Shown: positions 45,782 through 56,899, counted from the first letter of the stretch. The stretch: DNA of 64,000 bases from an uncultured virus (IMG/VR IMGVR_UViG_3300044729_003472) (IMGVR_UViG_3300044729_003472); one strand, 5' to 3'. Notes: a model not told the origin generated them from the sequence alone. Made by a program: numbers and translations.

Positions 45782-47077
45782 ATGCCCAGACTCAGCCTTT
45801 ACCGCCCAAATCGCACTCGTGATTACCAATTTTTAGATAGAACTGTGTCCGAAATGTACACAGTGGGCGGCCTTGACATATTTGTACACAAGTACATGGG
45901 CCCAATCACTGGTCCCACCGAGGGGACCAATGATGCCACTATCCCTATTTACGACAACGAAAATCCCCTGAACATTCAAGACCTATTGTTGCTGGAAAAC
46001 CGGGACAGAGTATATGATCCAGATATCTATGTCATGAGAGGTGTGTACAATCAACAAGACATTGATTTTGACCTTACTCAGTTTGGGCTGTTTTTGCAGA
46101 ACGACACCCTGTTTATCACGTTTCACTACAATGACATGATAGACACGTTTGGGCGCAAACTCATGAACGGCGATGTGCTTGAGATACCCAATCTCAAAGA
46201 TTACAATCCACTCAATCCCAATCGTTTGCCGTTGCCAAAATATTACGTGATCCAAGACGCGGCTTTTGCCAGCGAAGGATTCAGTCAGACCTGGTTGCCG
46301 CATGTGTGGCGTGTCAAAGCCACGCCCATGACCAACAGCCAAGAATTCAAGGATATTCTAAACAAACCTCAGGTCACAGAAAATATCTGGGACAATGGAA
46401 ATTTCTATCCCGTGGGCTCCGTTGTAAACTACAACGGTGGTTATTATCAAGCCATTCAAAACACTCCCAGTGGCATAGACATTACCAATGCACAGTATTG
46501 GATGGCATACACGCCGCCTACCGAGGCCGAGACCATGACCACTCGGCCCAAGGATCAAGAAATCAATGATGCGATACTGACTCAGGCCGAAATTGAAGTA
46601 CCATTGAGCGGATATGACACAGCTCTGTTCTACATTGAACCAACCTTGAACGGGGAGCCAGCCAATCCTGATGGACTCACTGCTGACGATACTGCTGTGA
46701 CTGTGGATGGTACCCAAGGCGGCATGAACATCACTCCCAGTGGTCCAGGTTACACTCGAGGCTATCTCACTGGCGACAACGTTCCCAATGGATATCCTGT
46801 CACCAGCGGTGTGGCGTTTCCGGTCAGTCCTGTGGTAGGCGACTACTGCTTGCGCCTAGATTATTTTCCAAATAGACTGTTTAGATACGATGGCATTCGT
46901 TGGGTCAAGATTGAAGATGGTGTGCGAACCAGTCTCAACAACGGACCAGAAAACAAAACTTTGCGCAGTGGCTTTGTCAACAACACCGACACTGTCAACA
47001 CCACTGATCGTGGAGCTATACCCAGTAGACAGAGTCTCAGTGATATACTGCGTCCTCAAGCAGACAACGGCGGTTAA
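45782..47077 (+). CDS. Neck/head-closure protein (gp14-like)
   Basis: LLLENRDR.Y, LTQFGLF, GRKLMNGDVLE; immediately upstream of the gp15-like gene. Confidence 0.6.
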   Translation: MPRLSLYRPNRTRDYQFLDRTVSEMYTVGGLDIFVHKYMGPITGPTEGTNDATIPIYDNENPLNIQDLLLLENRDRVYDPDIYVMRGVYNQQDIDFDLTQFGLFLQNDTLFITFHYNDMIDTFGRKLMNGDVLEIPNLKDYNPLNPNRLPLPKYYVIQDAAFASEGFSQTWLPHVWRVKATPMTNSQEFKDILNKPQVTENIWDNGNFYPVGSVVNYNGGYYQAIQNTPSGIDITNAQYWMAYTPPTEAETMTTRPKDQEINDAILTQAEIEVPLSGYDTALFYIEPTLNGEPANPDGLTADDTAVTVDGTQGGMNITPSGPGYTRGYLTGDNVPNGYPVTSGVAFPVSPVVGDYCLRLDYFPNRLFRYDGIRWVKIEDGVRTSLNNGPENKTLRSGFVNNTDTVNTTDRGAIPSRQSLSDILRPQADNGG

Positions 47078-47080
47078 TTT

Positions 47081-48499
47081 ATGCAACAATTTTTTTACGA
47101 TGATCAAATACGCAGATTCCTTCTGCAATTTGCTAGAATCTGCAGCAACTTTCAAGTTGAATACGGTCGCGAAGAAAATAGTGATCAGGCTGCACTGTTG
47201 CGAGTTCCAGTACGATACGGCGATGCTACACGCAATGCACAGACCATAATTCAGGAAAATTCGGCCAACAACTTGCCATCAAGCCCATTGATGACATTTT
47301 ATGTTCACAACCTTGAATATGACCGGCCCCGCATGCAAGAGCCGTATTTTGTCAGCAAAACAAATGTGCGTCAAAGAACCTATGATGAACAAACAGATTC
47401 ATATGAACGCACACAGGGCAATGCATTTACCATAGAACGGTTGATGCCGGTACCTTACAGTCTTGGTATCACCCTGGATATTTGGACTTCAAACACCAAT
47501 CAAAAATTGCAACTATTGGAACAGTTATTGATACTGTTCAATCCCAGTCTAGAAGTTCAAAGCACTGACAACTTTATTGACTGGACCAGTCTCAGCTTGG
47601 TTTATCTTGACAGTGTGAACTGGAGCAGTCGCACCATTCCCACCGGCACCAATGATACCATAGACATCGCTACTCTCAAGTTCAGTTTGCCCATTTGGAT
47701 CAGTCCACCAGCCAAACTCAAGAAGTTTGGAGTAATTGAACGTGTGATAGCCAGCATGTATGACGTACAGGGCGACATCAACAATGCCATTCTCAACAGT
47801 GATTTGCTGCTGGGCACTAGACAGATTATCACTCCCTACAACTACGCAGTTGTGGTAATAGGAAATCGCATACAGATAGCACGACCAGCACAGGCTTTTG
47901 CTGAAGAGCCTGCCAACGACAGTATTGACCCCACTGTAATAGTGAGTGACAGCAATCTTCTTTGGCCTGCTGTGATTGACCTGTACGGCACATTGCGTCC
48001 AGGTGTAAGCCAAATTCGTCTAACACAGGCCGACGGCACCGAAGTAATAGGAACTGTGACACTGGATCCCTTGGACGATCGCTTTCTGCTGTATGATGTT
48101 GACGTTGACACTATACCACAAAATACATTACCGCCTGTGGATGCAGTGATAAATCCCTTAGTCAGCGCACCAAGATTTGGCTTGCCTAATCCTGCAGACG
48201 GCCAACGATATCTCTTGACCGAAGACACTGGCTTTCCTGGGCAAGGCAGTAACATTGCTGCCACTGCCTGGATCGGGGATGGGCAGCGATCGGACATACC
48301 CTTGGTGGCACGTGCCAACGACATCATTGAATATCGCGGCAATCGTTGGCAAGTGGTGTTTCCTGCAGCACAGGTCACCACAGGTGGTCAGTATGTGACC
48401 AATTTGACAACTGCAATTCAATACGAATGGAACGGTGAAAATTGGATAAAAAGTTACCAAGGGGTATACGAAGGGGGTCTCTGGACTCTAGTGCTTTAA
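47081..48499 (+). CDS. Tail sheath stabilizer/terminator (gp15-like) with C-terminal extension
   Basis: FFYD.QIRR, VPVRYG, MPVPY, QKLQLLEQLLILFNP, F.LPIWISPP. Confidence 0.8.
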   Translation: MQQFFYDDQIRRFLLQFARICSNFQVEYGREENSDQAALLRVPVRYGDATRNAQTIIQENSANNLPSSPLMTFYVHNLEYDRPRMQEPYFVSKTNVRQRTYDEQTDSYERTQGNAFTIERLMPVPYSLGITLDIWTSNTNQKLQLLEQLLILFNPSLEVQSTDNFIDWTSLSLVYLDSVNWSSRTIPTGTNDTIDIATLKFSLPIWISPPAKLKKFGVIERVIASMYDVQGDINNAILNSDLLLGTRQIITPYNYAVVVIGNRIQIARPAQAFAEEPANDSIDPTVIVSDSNLLWPAVIDLYGTLRPGVSQIRLTQADGTEVIGTVTLDPLDDRFLLYDVDVDTIPQNTLPPVDAVINPLVSAPRFGLPNPADGQRYLLTEDTGFPGQGSNIAATAWIGDGQRSDIPLVARANDIIEYRGNRWQVVFPAAQVTTGGQYVTNLTTAIQYEWNGENWIKSYQGVYEGGLWTLVL

Positions 48500-48927
48500 A
48501 AGCAGTAGGCGTCTGGTTCAGATCAAACAGCACTGGTAGATATCTCTATCTGCTGCGCAACGATGTCAAACACCCTGGAAACTGGGGGCTGCCCGGCGGC
48601 AAATTAGAATCTGGAGAAACCTTGCTCAGCGGCATGGAACGCGAATGCATTGAAGAACTGGGTTACTTTCCCCAATATCAACGACTGGTGCCACTGGAAA
48701 AATTCACTTCAGCTGACAGAACTTTTGAATATCACACCTGGGTATGCAGCGTGGATCAAGAATTTGTACCGACGCTCAATCACGAACATCTCGGCTACGC
48801 TTGGATCAACGCAGGCATATTTCCCCGACCCATGCATCCTGGTCTTTGGAACACTGTAAACATTGACGCTGTAAAAGACAAAATCCTGCGATTGGAGCAG
48901 GATTTTGCTATAATCACCCCAACCTAA
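48442..48927 (+). CDS. NUDIX hydrolase
   Basis: Nudix box GGKLESGETLLSGMERECIEELG; start uncertain. Confidence 0.9.
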   Translation: MDKKLPRGIRRGSLDSSALKAVGVWFRSNSTGRYLYLLRNDVKHPGNWGLPGGKLESGETLLSGMERECIEELGYFPQYQRLVPLEKFTSADRTFEYHTWVCSVDQEFVPTLNHEHLGYAWINAGIFPRPMHPGLWNTVNIDAVKDKILRLEQDFAIITPT

Positions 48928-48930
48928 TTT

Positions 48931-51900
48931 TTAGGCCTGGCTTTCCTGGAAGCTGATCTGCACTTCGCCCACAGGGTTACTGACTGTGTTTAGTGATTGA
49001 ACAGTCACTGCCAAAACTTCTGGACCATTGGGATATGTGCCTGTACCTGGAATAGCCGAAGTTCCCAGCTGTTTGACTTGACCCAGATCCAACACACCCT
49101 GGTTCACCGAACTTACCGGAATAGCAAACAAACGTTCACCACCCTGAATGTCCACAGTCACCGCTTGTACAGTCAAGTTCAGATCGTTCAGCGGCGTTGC
49201 GCCGCCGATCAAGTTTCCTGTAACTCTCAGTGTGTCGCCCACTGCATAACCACTGCCTGCCACCTGTACAGTGATTGCTGTGGTTGTAACACTGTATGAA
49301 GTTCCTGAGCTTGTTAACTGCACAGTGACGTTAGCACCAGTACCGCTTGAACTCACCACAGTGGGACTGATACCGCTAAAAGTTTGAGTTCTGCTGAATG
49401 TTACTTTGACACCTGATCTACTAAAACCACCAATGGTGTTCAAAGGTGCGTCAGTTACACCGCCTGACGTTATGTCTGTGTATCTTGGCGAAGTACTGAA
49501 CTGTGTGAAGCTGGGCTGAAAGCCGCCGCCTGCGTTGTTGATACCTACCCAGGTGGTATTGGCACTGTCAATATTGGTGGGATTGATAATGCCTTCCACA
49601 AGATATCGACCAGTAGTAACTTGAATATTCAAACCTGTCAGTGCCAGAGCAGATCTGTTCACAAGATCGCGTTGTCCTAGATTACCAATAATACCGTTGC
49701 TGACACTGGGCGCCAATCTCATGGCAAATACCAACAGTTTTGTACCAATTGTGTTAGGTAAACCAAAGTTGGTACGGTTAAAAGTGAATTGGAAGCCTTC
49801 GTCACCGTCGAAGTCACCATCCATGATAATTGCACTACCCCAGTGGTTCACCAGGGGTGTACAGGTATTACTGATAATCAGCACACCGGTGTTTTCATCA
49901 TGGCTGGTAGCAGCACTGCTGGTAAAGCTTCGGTTGGCTCCCTCAATCCATTGAGTGAATGTAGCGCCGCGTGTGCATCCCTGTAACACATTGCCTTCTT
50001 TGTTGGTGTATTTGATGATTTCACTGTCAATCATCACAAACACCGGATAAGGAACACTAGCGTCTGGATAGTCTGTTGCATCCAGCAAAGTGATTTGTGT
50101 CGCACTTGGGTCAATAGCACTGGCCAAAGCACTGACCGGCGTTTCATTAATAGCTTCATATCTTGCTGGCAGGTTACCAGTACGCATGAATGCTTCGATG
50201 TTGACGTTGTTGTTGATTCTACGATGTGCCCAGGCAAATCTACCATCTTGTCCACGGATCATCCAGATCACACTACCAGCACCGTACCAGCTGTATTCCA
50301 AGGCATACATCTGCATCTTGGTAGCATCATATGTAAATGCACTGGGGCCAGTGCCGTCTATGGTATCAATGTTGAAATCTGGCTGTCTCACACGAATTTC
50401 TGTACGCAATGCCATTTTCACGCGAGTTTGATTTTCCACTCCACGGAAGGGAGGAACCACTGTGAGTCTGTTGTTGTCAATGATGCTGGTCACTGCATAG
50501 GTCATGCCACGAATCACAACAATGTCACCATTGTTGAGCTGATCTTGGAATCTACAGGTACCATCACCAGTGACCAAGTTGCTGCTGATACCAATGCTGA
50601 CCAGACCTGCCAATTGACTGGTACAACTGCGTTGAACCACGCAGCAATTCTGTCCGTCATGTTCCCAGAACATGCCGTTTTGATCATCGTACATGCCGGT
50701 TCTCACCGCTGCACCGTGCCAGCTAGTGATGCTGACTCTGGGCTGCTGTCCCAGTATAGGAGTCACACTGCCCAATACTGCTTGTGCTTCTACCTTGAAC
50801 GCGATATCGCTCACGATTTCAGTCACAACATAACCATCAAAATCGTAGCCCGAAGTTGTGACATTTTGAATCCAGCATGTAGCACCAGGATTGAGACCAT
50901 GTGGCAGATCCACTGTGACAGTAATATTGCTGTTGATAGCAGTGCCGTCAGCCACAATGTCGGCGATGTCATATGTGGGCTGAAGTGTGGTACCAGTGGA
51001 GAAGAAGATGCCTTTACCAGACTGATAACGGAAATATTTTTTGGTTTGTCGCTGTGCGCTGGCACCACGAGTTGGCGATCCAGAACTAATTACCACGCCG
51101 CCATCAAATGGTCTTGGCAAGAAAGTGGCATTGCTTCGCACATATAGCTGCCCATCAAGACTGCCCGAAACCGCGGCTCCGGTCTTGGCCTGATAGGTAA
51201 AGGTTGTGGTTGTGGGCACACTGAGAATTAGGAAGCTGCCTTCGCCATATGCTTGGTTGGTGCCTGAAGTCAAGTTCACCAAAATTGGAGTTCCTGGCAC
51301 CATGCCATGTGCATATCGTGTGGTGATTGTTATGGTACTAGGGTTAGCGCCGTCACTCACAATGCTAACAATGTCAAAGTTTGCACCTGTGTAAGGGAAA
51401 GCCTGACGCACCACTGAAGCATAGTTGTTGATGGGGAAGCCCGGAACCAGTGCAGGACTGCGTCGTGGATAATAGAAAAAGTTATTGGTGTTGTCTTGGA
51501 ACACAAGATTGATACCGTCAACGTTGGTGTTTTCTGTGTTTTGACTACTGATAAATTCACCTGCGTCAATGGGAGTATCACTTTGATTTACTCCAACCTG
51601 CGGTATGTTGTTGTCACCAGTGGCATAGAAAATGCCGGTCATGCGTACCATGAAGCTGCCTGCACCTGCACCAGTGAGTGCAGTGGTGCTGAACTGACCA
51701 CGAGAGATAGTCTGTGATCCGTTGATAGCAGTGCTGACTGCTGTGTGTTGTACAAGTTCAACGTTGCTGCTGACTTTTTGCATCACACTGCCAACTCCGT
51801 ATTGTGCTGCAGGCGGAATGTTGTACCAACCACGTGTGAGCTGCACCTGTGTTGCGCTGGTTACTTCGTCAATTCTGGCTACCTCAATACGATCAACGTT

Positions 51901-52923
51901 GGTGACACTGGCGCCAATCAGCAGATTGGCGTTGCCTGCGTTTGTGTTGTTGGTTTGTCGTGTCACTGTGAGAATGTTGGCGGTAACACCAGTCACAGCA
52001 CATGCTTCAAACACATTGGCTGTTTCAGTAGCAATCAAGATATAGGAACCGTCCACAATGTTGGCAGCGGCTGCATTGGCCACGTTGATTGTGGTTGTAA
52101 GGGGACTGGTTACGTTGGCCACTGCCACAGTGGTGCCGCCAGCACCGCTCAAGGGGCAGCGCAGCAACAACACATTGTCGCCAACAGTGAATCCAGTTGT
52201 ACTGCCAACGTTGAATGTTCGTTCCGCTGAACTTTGTACATTGCTGGTCACATAGGTTGTGTTGAAAGCTAGAGTGTTGCCTTGAGTCTGGCTAATCAGC
52301 AAGGCATAATCATTGGTTACCCATTGCGGACTCAAAACGCTTGTGGGTGTAACAGTTGAAGTAGGATTGCTCAGGCGCAATGCTGTATCAGTGTTAGATG
52401 TAATCAAATCATCGCCGGCCAAAAGACTGGCATAGCCGTTGACGTTGTATACCAAGTCGCCGCCAATGTCTTCGTAAAATCCCGGAATATAGTTGTTGGT
52501 GCTGACGTTTTCCCACTTGGTTTTCTGCAAGCCGTATTCAAAGTCAGCGTCAATCAGAGATTCAGGGTTTGAAACACGGCTTCGGCCGATTGCATCTACA
52601 CCAAAATTCCAGGGCACTACCTTGAGATTTTGATCCTCATAGTAAATGGCCAGTTCGTCTGTGCTACTCATGGTCACTGTACTGGCGTTCAGTGTCAGTG
52701 TGGTTGTTCCCGCATAGGCAGTGGGAAAATCAGCATCAGTGCCCGGAGTCCAGACCGCAGTACCCCCTAGAGTATTGTCTGCAAAGTTGAAAATTGGCAG
52801 ATTGTCGGTGGTGTTATAAATGGCCAGGAAATCTTCAATAGGAACATTGTTGGGTACTTTGATTGTGCCTAGCCCGGCTGTGCCTGGTGTAAACACATAA
52901 TTGTAAATTCTTGATCTTGCCAT
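48931..52923 (-). CDS. Large virion structural protein (fibre/baseplate-associated)
   Basis: 1330 aa Thr/Gly/Val beta-rich; last gene of the fibre operon; DAIGRSRVS and YFRYQSGKG motifs recalled from phage structural proteins. Confidence 0.65.
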   Translation of the reverse strand: MARSRIYNYVFTPGTAGLGTIKVPNNVPIEDFLAIYNTTDNLPIFNFADNTLGGTAVWTPGTDADFPTAYAGTTTLTLNASTVTMSSTDELAIYYEDQNLKVVPWNFGVDAIGRSRVSNPESLIDADFEYGLQKTKWENVSTNNYIPGFYEDIGGDLVYNVNGYASLLAGDDLITSNTDTALRLSNPTSTVTPTSVLSPQWVTNDYALLISQTQGNTLAFNTTYVTSNVQSSAERTFNVGSTTGFTVGDNVLLLRCPLSGAGGTTVAVANVTSPLTTTINVANAAAANIVDGSYILIATETANVFEACAVTGVTANILTVTRQTNNTNAGNANLLIGASVTNVDRIEVARIDEVTSATQVQLTRGWYNIPPAAQYGVGSVMQKVSSNVELVQHTAVSTAINGSQTISRGQFSTTALTGAGAGSFMVRMTGIFYATGDNNIPQVGVNQSDTPIDAGEFISSQNTENTNVDGINLVFQDNTNNFFYYPRRSPALVPGFPINNYASVVRQAFPYTGANFDIVSIVSDGANPSTITITTRYAHGMVPGTPILVNLTSGTNQAYGEGSFLILSVPTTTTFTYQAKTGAAVSGSLDGQLYVRSNATFLPRPFDGGVVISSGSPTRGASAQRQTKKYFRYQSGKGIFFSTGTTLQPTYDIADIVADGTAINSNITVTVDLPHGLNPGATCWIQNVTTSGYDFDGYVVTEIVSDIAFKVEAQAVLGSVTPILGQQPRVSITSWHGAAVRTGMYDDQNGMFWEHDGQNCCVVQRSCTSQLAGLVSIGISSNLVTGDGTCRFQDQLNNGDIVVIRGMTYAVTSIIDNNRLTVVPPFRGVENQTRVKMALRTEIRVRQPDFNIDTIDGTGPSAFTYDATKMQMYALEYSWYGAGSVIWMIRGQDGRFAWAHRRINNNVNIEAFMRTGNLPARYEAINETPVSALASAIDPSATQITLLDATDYPDASVPYPVFVMIDSEIIKYTNKEGNVLQGCTRGATFTQWIEGANRSFTSSAATSHDENTGVLIISNTCTPLVNHWGSAIIMDGDFDGDEGFQFTFNRTNFGLPNTIGTKLLVFAMRLAPSVSNGIIGNLGQRDLVNRSALALTGLNIQVTTGRYLVEGIINPTNIDSANTTWVGINNAGGGFQPSFTQFSTSPRYTDITSGGVTDAPLNTIGGFSRSGVKVTFSRTQTFSGISPTVVSSSGTGANVTVQLTSSGTSYSVTTTAITVQVAGSGYAVGDTLRVTGNLIGGATPLNDLNLTVQAVTVDIQGGERLFAIPVSSVNQGVLDLGQVKQLGTSAIPGTGTYPNGPEVLAVTVQSLNTVSNPVGEVQISFQESQA

Positions 52924-52927
52924 TTGT

Positions 52928-53320
52928 TTAAACTCCGAATATGATCTGTAATGCAGTCAAACGCGACTGGGTATTTTGACCCAGTTTGTCATAAGTGATA
53001 GCGCCATTCTGTATTTTGGCTGTGCTCACGGTGTTGTCACTGGGCGTGCCAGTATATAGTGTGTCTCCAAATATCAAGCCAAAGAATGGTGTGTTGAGAG
53101 CCGGGGCAACTGCAAAACTTATAGTGCTGGCCGTTATACTGAAATCTACTCCAGGGTTGAGCACCACATTGTTGAGACTCACCAGCATGGCAAATGACGA
53201 TGGGGGACTGGCACTTTGCCCGCCCACTGTAATGGGAAAGCTCTGAGTGCTGCCGTCAAATGTGAGATTGTCCAGTTTGCGATACTGTCCAATCTGTGGG
53301 GTATTACCTACATAAGCCAT
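52928..53320 (-). CDS. Small virion adaptor-like protein
   Basis: MAYVGNTP..FDGSTQSF..PGVDFSI..FAVAP domain shared with the N-terminus of the upstream fibre. Confidence 0.6.
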   Translation of the reverse strand: MAYVGNTPQIGQYRKLDNLTFDGSTQSFPITVGGQSASPPSSFAMLVSLNNVVLNPGVDFSITASTISFAVAPALNTPFFGLIFGDTLYTGTPSDNTVSTAKIQNGAITYDKLGQNTQSRLTALQIIFGV

Positions 53321-53329
53321 TGTGAATCC

Positions 53330-56300
53330 TTATAATCTACCAACTACTATCTCTATTGTGCCGCGTTCATCTAGAAAATCTTCCAGGGCCTTGCCTATCA
53401 CTGTGCCCATCATGGGCGCTGCTGATGCCTGCGCATACCCGTTGGCGCAGCTCACCATGAGATCGCCTTTGTGAACTGGACCTACTACATTGGTTGGAAC
53501 TCGTCCCACAAGAGCAACCACTGCTGTGTGATCGCCCTCAAGTCCGCTGTTCATGACGTGCGCAGGATTGGTTGAAATCACACCGGCCACTCTTGGATCA
53601 CTGGATTGACGACTCATTGTGACTTCTTTGTCTCCACCAAACACAACCACTGTGCCCGGCGCATAGTCTGCATCTGCCAAGTATGTTTCTGCCAAGTCAG
53701 CATACAATGCAGATGTTGCTCGTGCAAAGATTATATTGAAGCCTGCACCTGCAGCACCAATGTTGCCTATAGCATTGCCGTTGGCGTTGATAATGTTACC
53801 CAGTCTCACGGTGCCTGTAGCAACGTCTACGTTGGCTGCTGTAACATTACCGGTCACTGACAACAGTCCAGTGACAATGGTTTGACCTGTACCATTGGGA
53901 ATCAATCTAATGTTGCCATTTGAAGCTGTCAAAATACCAAGTTCACCAGTGGTTGTTCTAATGTTACCTGCCACAAGCAGATTGCCACCTGTGACATTGC
54001 CTGTGGCTGAAACCAATCCACCTGTGATTATGTTTCCGCCTGTGACATTGGCTGTGCTTTGAATAGCACCAGTGGCAGTGATCAATCCACCTGTGATTAT
54101 GTTTCCGCCAGTGATGTTGGCGGTGGCTTGTATGGTACCAGTGGCAGTGATCAAACCACCTGTGATCAAATTACCTGCTGTGATGTTGGCTGTGCTTTGG
54201 ATGGTTCCTGTTGCGGTTATCAACCCGCCTGTGATCAAGTTACCGCCAGTGACGTTACCAGTTGTGGAAAATGCCGCACTAGCAATAATATTACCACCAG
54301 TGATATTGGCTGTGGTAGTGATACCACTGGTTGAATTCAAATCTGTCAACACATTGCCACTTAGGCTTAGTGTACCAGTTTGCACATTAGCTGCAATTAC
54401 ATTAGTCGTAGCGCTGACTGTGGCACCTTGAACCAAGTTAGTTGTAATCAAGTTGCCGCCTGATACATTAGCAGTTGATTGAATTACACCAGTGGCTGTA
54501 ATTAACCCTCCAGTAATCACGTTGCCACCTGTGATGTTTCCAGTGGCTGTGATTAGTCCTGCAGTGGATATATTACCGCCAGTGACATTAGCAGTGCTCT
54601 GTATAGCACCTGTGGCTGTGATCAGCCCAGCAGTGATGATGTTGCCACCGGTTATGTTGGCAGTGCTTTGTATTGTGCCTGTGGCTGTGATTAAACCAGG
54701 CGTGGTTATGTTGCCGCCTGTGACGTTGGCTGTGGCCGACATCAATCCAAGACTTACTAAATTGCCGCCCTGAACGTTGCCAACAAATGTTGCTTGTAGA
54801 TTTCCGGTTACATTTCCAGTAAAATTAAACTGGTTCGTAGCTGCTGTCCAGGTTGGACCTGCAGGAAATGCATTGCTGCTGTAATATACTCCGTTGGTAT
54901 CCACACCCAACCATATGGCTTGGTCATTGCCATTGATGGGATCAACATTGGCTATGTTGGAAGTATAATAAAGCTGGGCGAAATCTTCGCTAGATAGGCT
55001 AGCGCCTCTAGTGGCTGCTGCCACAAGATTGAGATTGGTGGCATTGAGACTTTGAACCTGTGCGTAAGGCTCTGATGCCACAGTCCTTGTGTTTATTCTT
55101 AGATTGGCAAGATTCAGTTCAAAGCCGTTTACATTGCCAGTGGCCGATACCACACCTGGAGTAGTGACATTACCGCCACTAACGTTGCCGGTGGCTGATA
55201 TATTACCACCAGTGATGTTACCTGCCACGCTCAGCGCAGATCCACCAGTGTTTGCTACAGTCACAGTGGTTCCGGTGGCAAATGTTGCTGTACCAATGCC
55301 TGCGGCTGCAACAGGGCCAATATTGATATTGGTCGTTGATCCTGCTGCGCCGTTTTCACCAAATGATATGGTCTTGGTGTTGCCGCTGCTGGTGGCACCG
55401 TTGCCAATAAACAGTGTTTGTGAAGCAGTTGATTGACCTAGCACAATGGGGCCAGTACCGGCGGTCCCTCCTATCCTTACATCGCCGGTTGATTGAGTGC
55501 CTTGTATGGTAACTGTGTAAATGGTCCCACCAAAGCTGCTAGTTCGAGTTGAGGATAGTGTTGATGCACCAACTGATGATGCAAGAATTGTTCCCGTGGC
55601 GCTGAGGTTGCCTGTGAGTGTGTTGCCGCTGGTGGCGATATTGCCACCTTCAACGTTGCCAGTAACAAACGCACCGCCGCCGGTTATGATGTTGCCACCT
55701 GACACGTTGGCACTAGACGCTATGTTGCCAGTAGCTGATATCAATCCGCCAGTTATAATGTTTCCGCCAGTGATGTTGCCGGTGGCACTGGCAGTGCCGG
55801 TGGATGTTAAATTTCCAGCTACAGCTAACCCGCCTGCAGAAAATAAACCAATAGTGACAGCGTTGACATTGGCTAAAATGTTGCCGTTGTTGGAGGGGAT
55901 GATTACTGTGCTATTACCATTGAGAATACCACTGCTGGCAGTGGAGATGCCTGTGAGCTGACTACCATTTCCAACAAAAAATGTTGCTTCAACGTTGCCG
56001 GTGGCAGTGACATTGCTGAGTATTAGATCCGTGTATTTAAAACTGGGATCAGCGGTATCAACCACTGTGGTAGGCTGCACTGTCAGGTTGGTAAACAGTT
56101 TGTATTTGCCGTCAGTGACATCTCTAAAATAACCAGTGTATCTTTGTGTGCCGTCGTTGTAACTGGCAATCACACCCATGTCAAAGCTGTCACCTGCATT
56201 GGTATTGGCCAAAAAGATAAAGGGATCTGCTACTGCCAAGCTGTCTGTGGCAGTGGTGGTAAAGTTACCGTTGACTGTGAAGTCACCAATACACACCAAA

Positions 56301-56899
56301 TCGCCACCAACATTGAGGTTGCCTGCAATACCCACACCGCCTGTTGTGACAATAGCACCACTGCCAATGTTGGCACTGTTGGTGGTATTGGCCACCGTGA
56401 GACGTCCACTTTGAAACACGTTTCCGGTCAACCCAATGCCGCCTTGTACTGTCAGTGCACCTGTGCTGTTGCTCACAGTTTGAATATTGTTGCTAAAAAT
56501 TGCGCGATTGGCGCCGGCCACTGTGACTGCAAACGTTACAGCATTGGCCCAATACAGTCCGGTATTGTTGGCAGCCACAGAATATACACTGGGCAATCCC
56601 ACAGTGCCAGCCTGAAACACGCTGGTTGACAAGTTGAGACTGTTGAGCGCACCTGCTCGGTAAGTTACTACAACATTGTTGGCACCAGCTCCGGGTGCTG
56701 TTGTAAACAACAACTGTAGGTTTTGAGCATTATAGTCAACAAAAGGTTTTTGTGCTACACTGCCCACAATAATATCTAGATCGCTGGCACTGGCCACTGA
56801 CCGATCTAGGAAAAATTCAATGGTACTACCGTCGCCGTTGAAAAACTGAGTACTGGTGTTTAACAGTTGCGATTGTGGATCTAGACCTAGATAACTCAT
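53330..56899 (-). CDS. Tail fibre protein with C-terminal intramolecular-chaperone (peptidase G2-like) domain
   Basis: ATGNITGGN repeats; C-terminal YADLAETY..PGTVV..GVIST.PA..MN..ALVGRVP..KGD. Confidence 0.8.
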   Translation of the reverse strand: MSYLGLDPQSQLLNTSTQFFNGDGSTIEFFLDRSVASASDLDIIVGSVAQKPFVDYNAQNLQLLFTTAPGAGANNVVVTYRAGALNSLNLSTSVFQAGTVGLPSVYSVAANNTGLYWANAVTFAVTVAGANRAIFSNNIQTVSNSTGALTVQGGIGLTGNVFQSGRLTVANTTNSANIGSGAIVTTGGVGIAGNLNVGGDLVCIGDFTVNGNFTTTATDSLAVADPFIFLANTNAGDSFDMGVIASYNDGTQRYTGYFRDVTDGKYKLFTNLTVQPTTVVDTADPSFKYTDLILSNVTATGNVEATFFVGNGSQLTGISTASSGILNGNSTVIIPSNNGNILANVNAVTIGLFSAGGLAVAGNLTSTGTASATGNITGGNIITGGLISATGNIASSANVSGGNIITGGGAFVTGNVEGGNIATSGNTLTGNLSATGTILASSVGASTLSSTRTSSFGGTIYTVTIQGTQSTGDVRIGGTAGTGPIVLGQSTASQTLFIGNGATSSGNTKTISFGENGAAGSTTNINIGPVAAAGIGTATFATGTTVTVANTGGSALSVAGNITGGNISATGNVSGGNVTTPGVVSATGNVNGFELNLANLRINTRTVASEPYAQVQSLNATNLNLVAAATRGASLSSEDFAQLYYTSNIANVDPINGNDQAIWLGVDTNGVYYSSNAFPAGPTWTAATNQFNFTGNVTGNLQATFVGNVQGGNLVSLGLMSATANVTGGNITTPGLITATGTIQSTANITGGNIITAGLITATGAIQSTANVTGGNISTAGLITATGNITGGNVITGGLITATGVIQSTANVSGGNLITTNLVQGATVSATTNVIAANVQTGTLSLSGNVLTDLNSTSGITTTANITGGNIIASAAFSTTGNVTGGNLITGGLITATGTIQSTANITAGNLITGGLITATGTIQATANITGGNIITGGLITATGAIQSTANVTGGNIITGGLVSATGNVTGGNLLVAGNIRTTTGELGILTASNGNIRLIPNGTGQTIVTGLLSVTGNVTAANVDVATGTVRLGNIINANGNAIGNIGAAGAGFNIIFARATSALYADLAETYLADADYAPGTVVVFGGDKEVTMSRQSSDPRVAGVISTNPAHVMNSGLEGDHTAVVALVGRVPTNVVGPVHKGDLMVSCANGYAQASAAPMMGTVIGKALEDFLDERGTIEIVVGRL

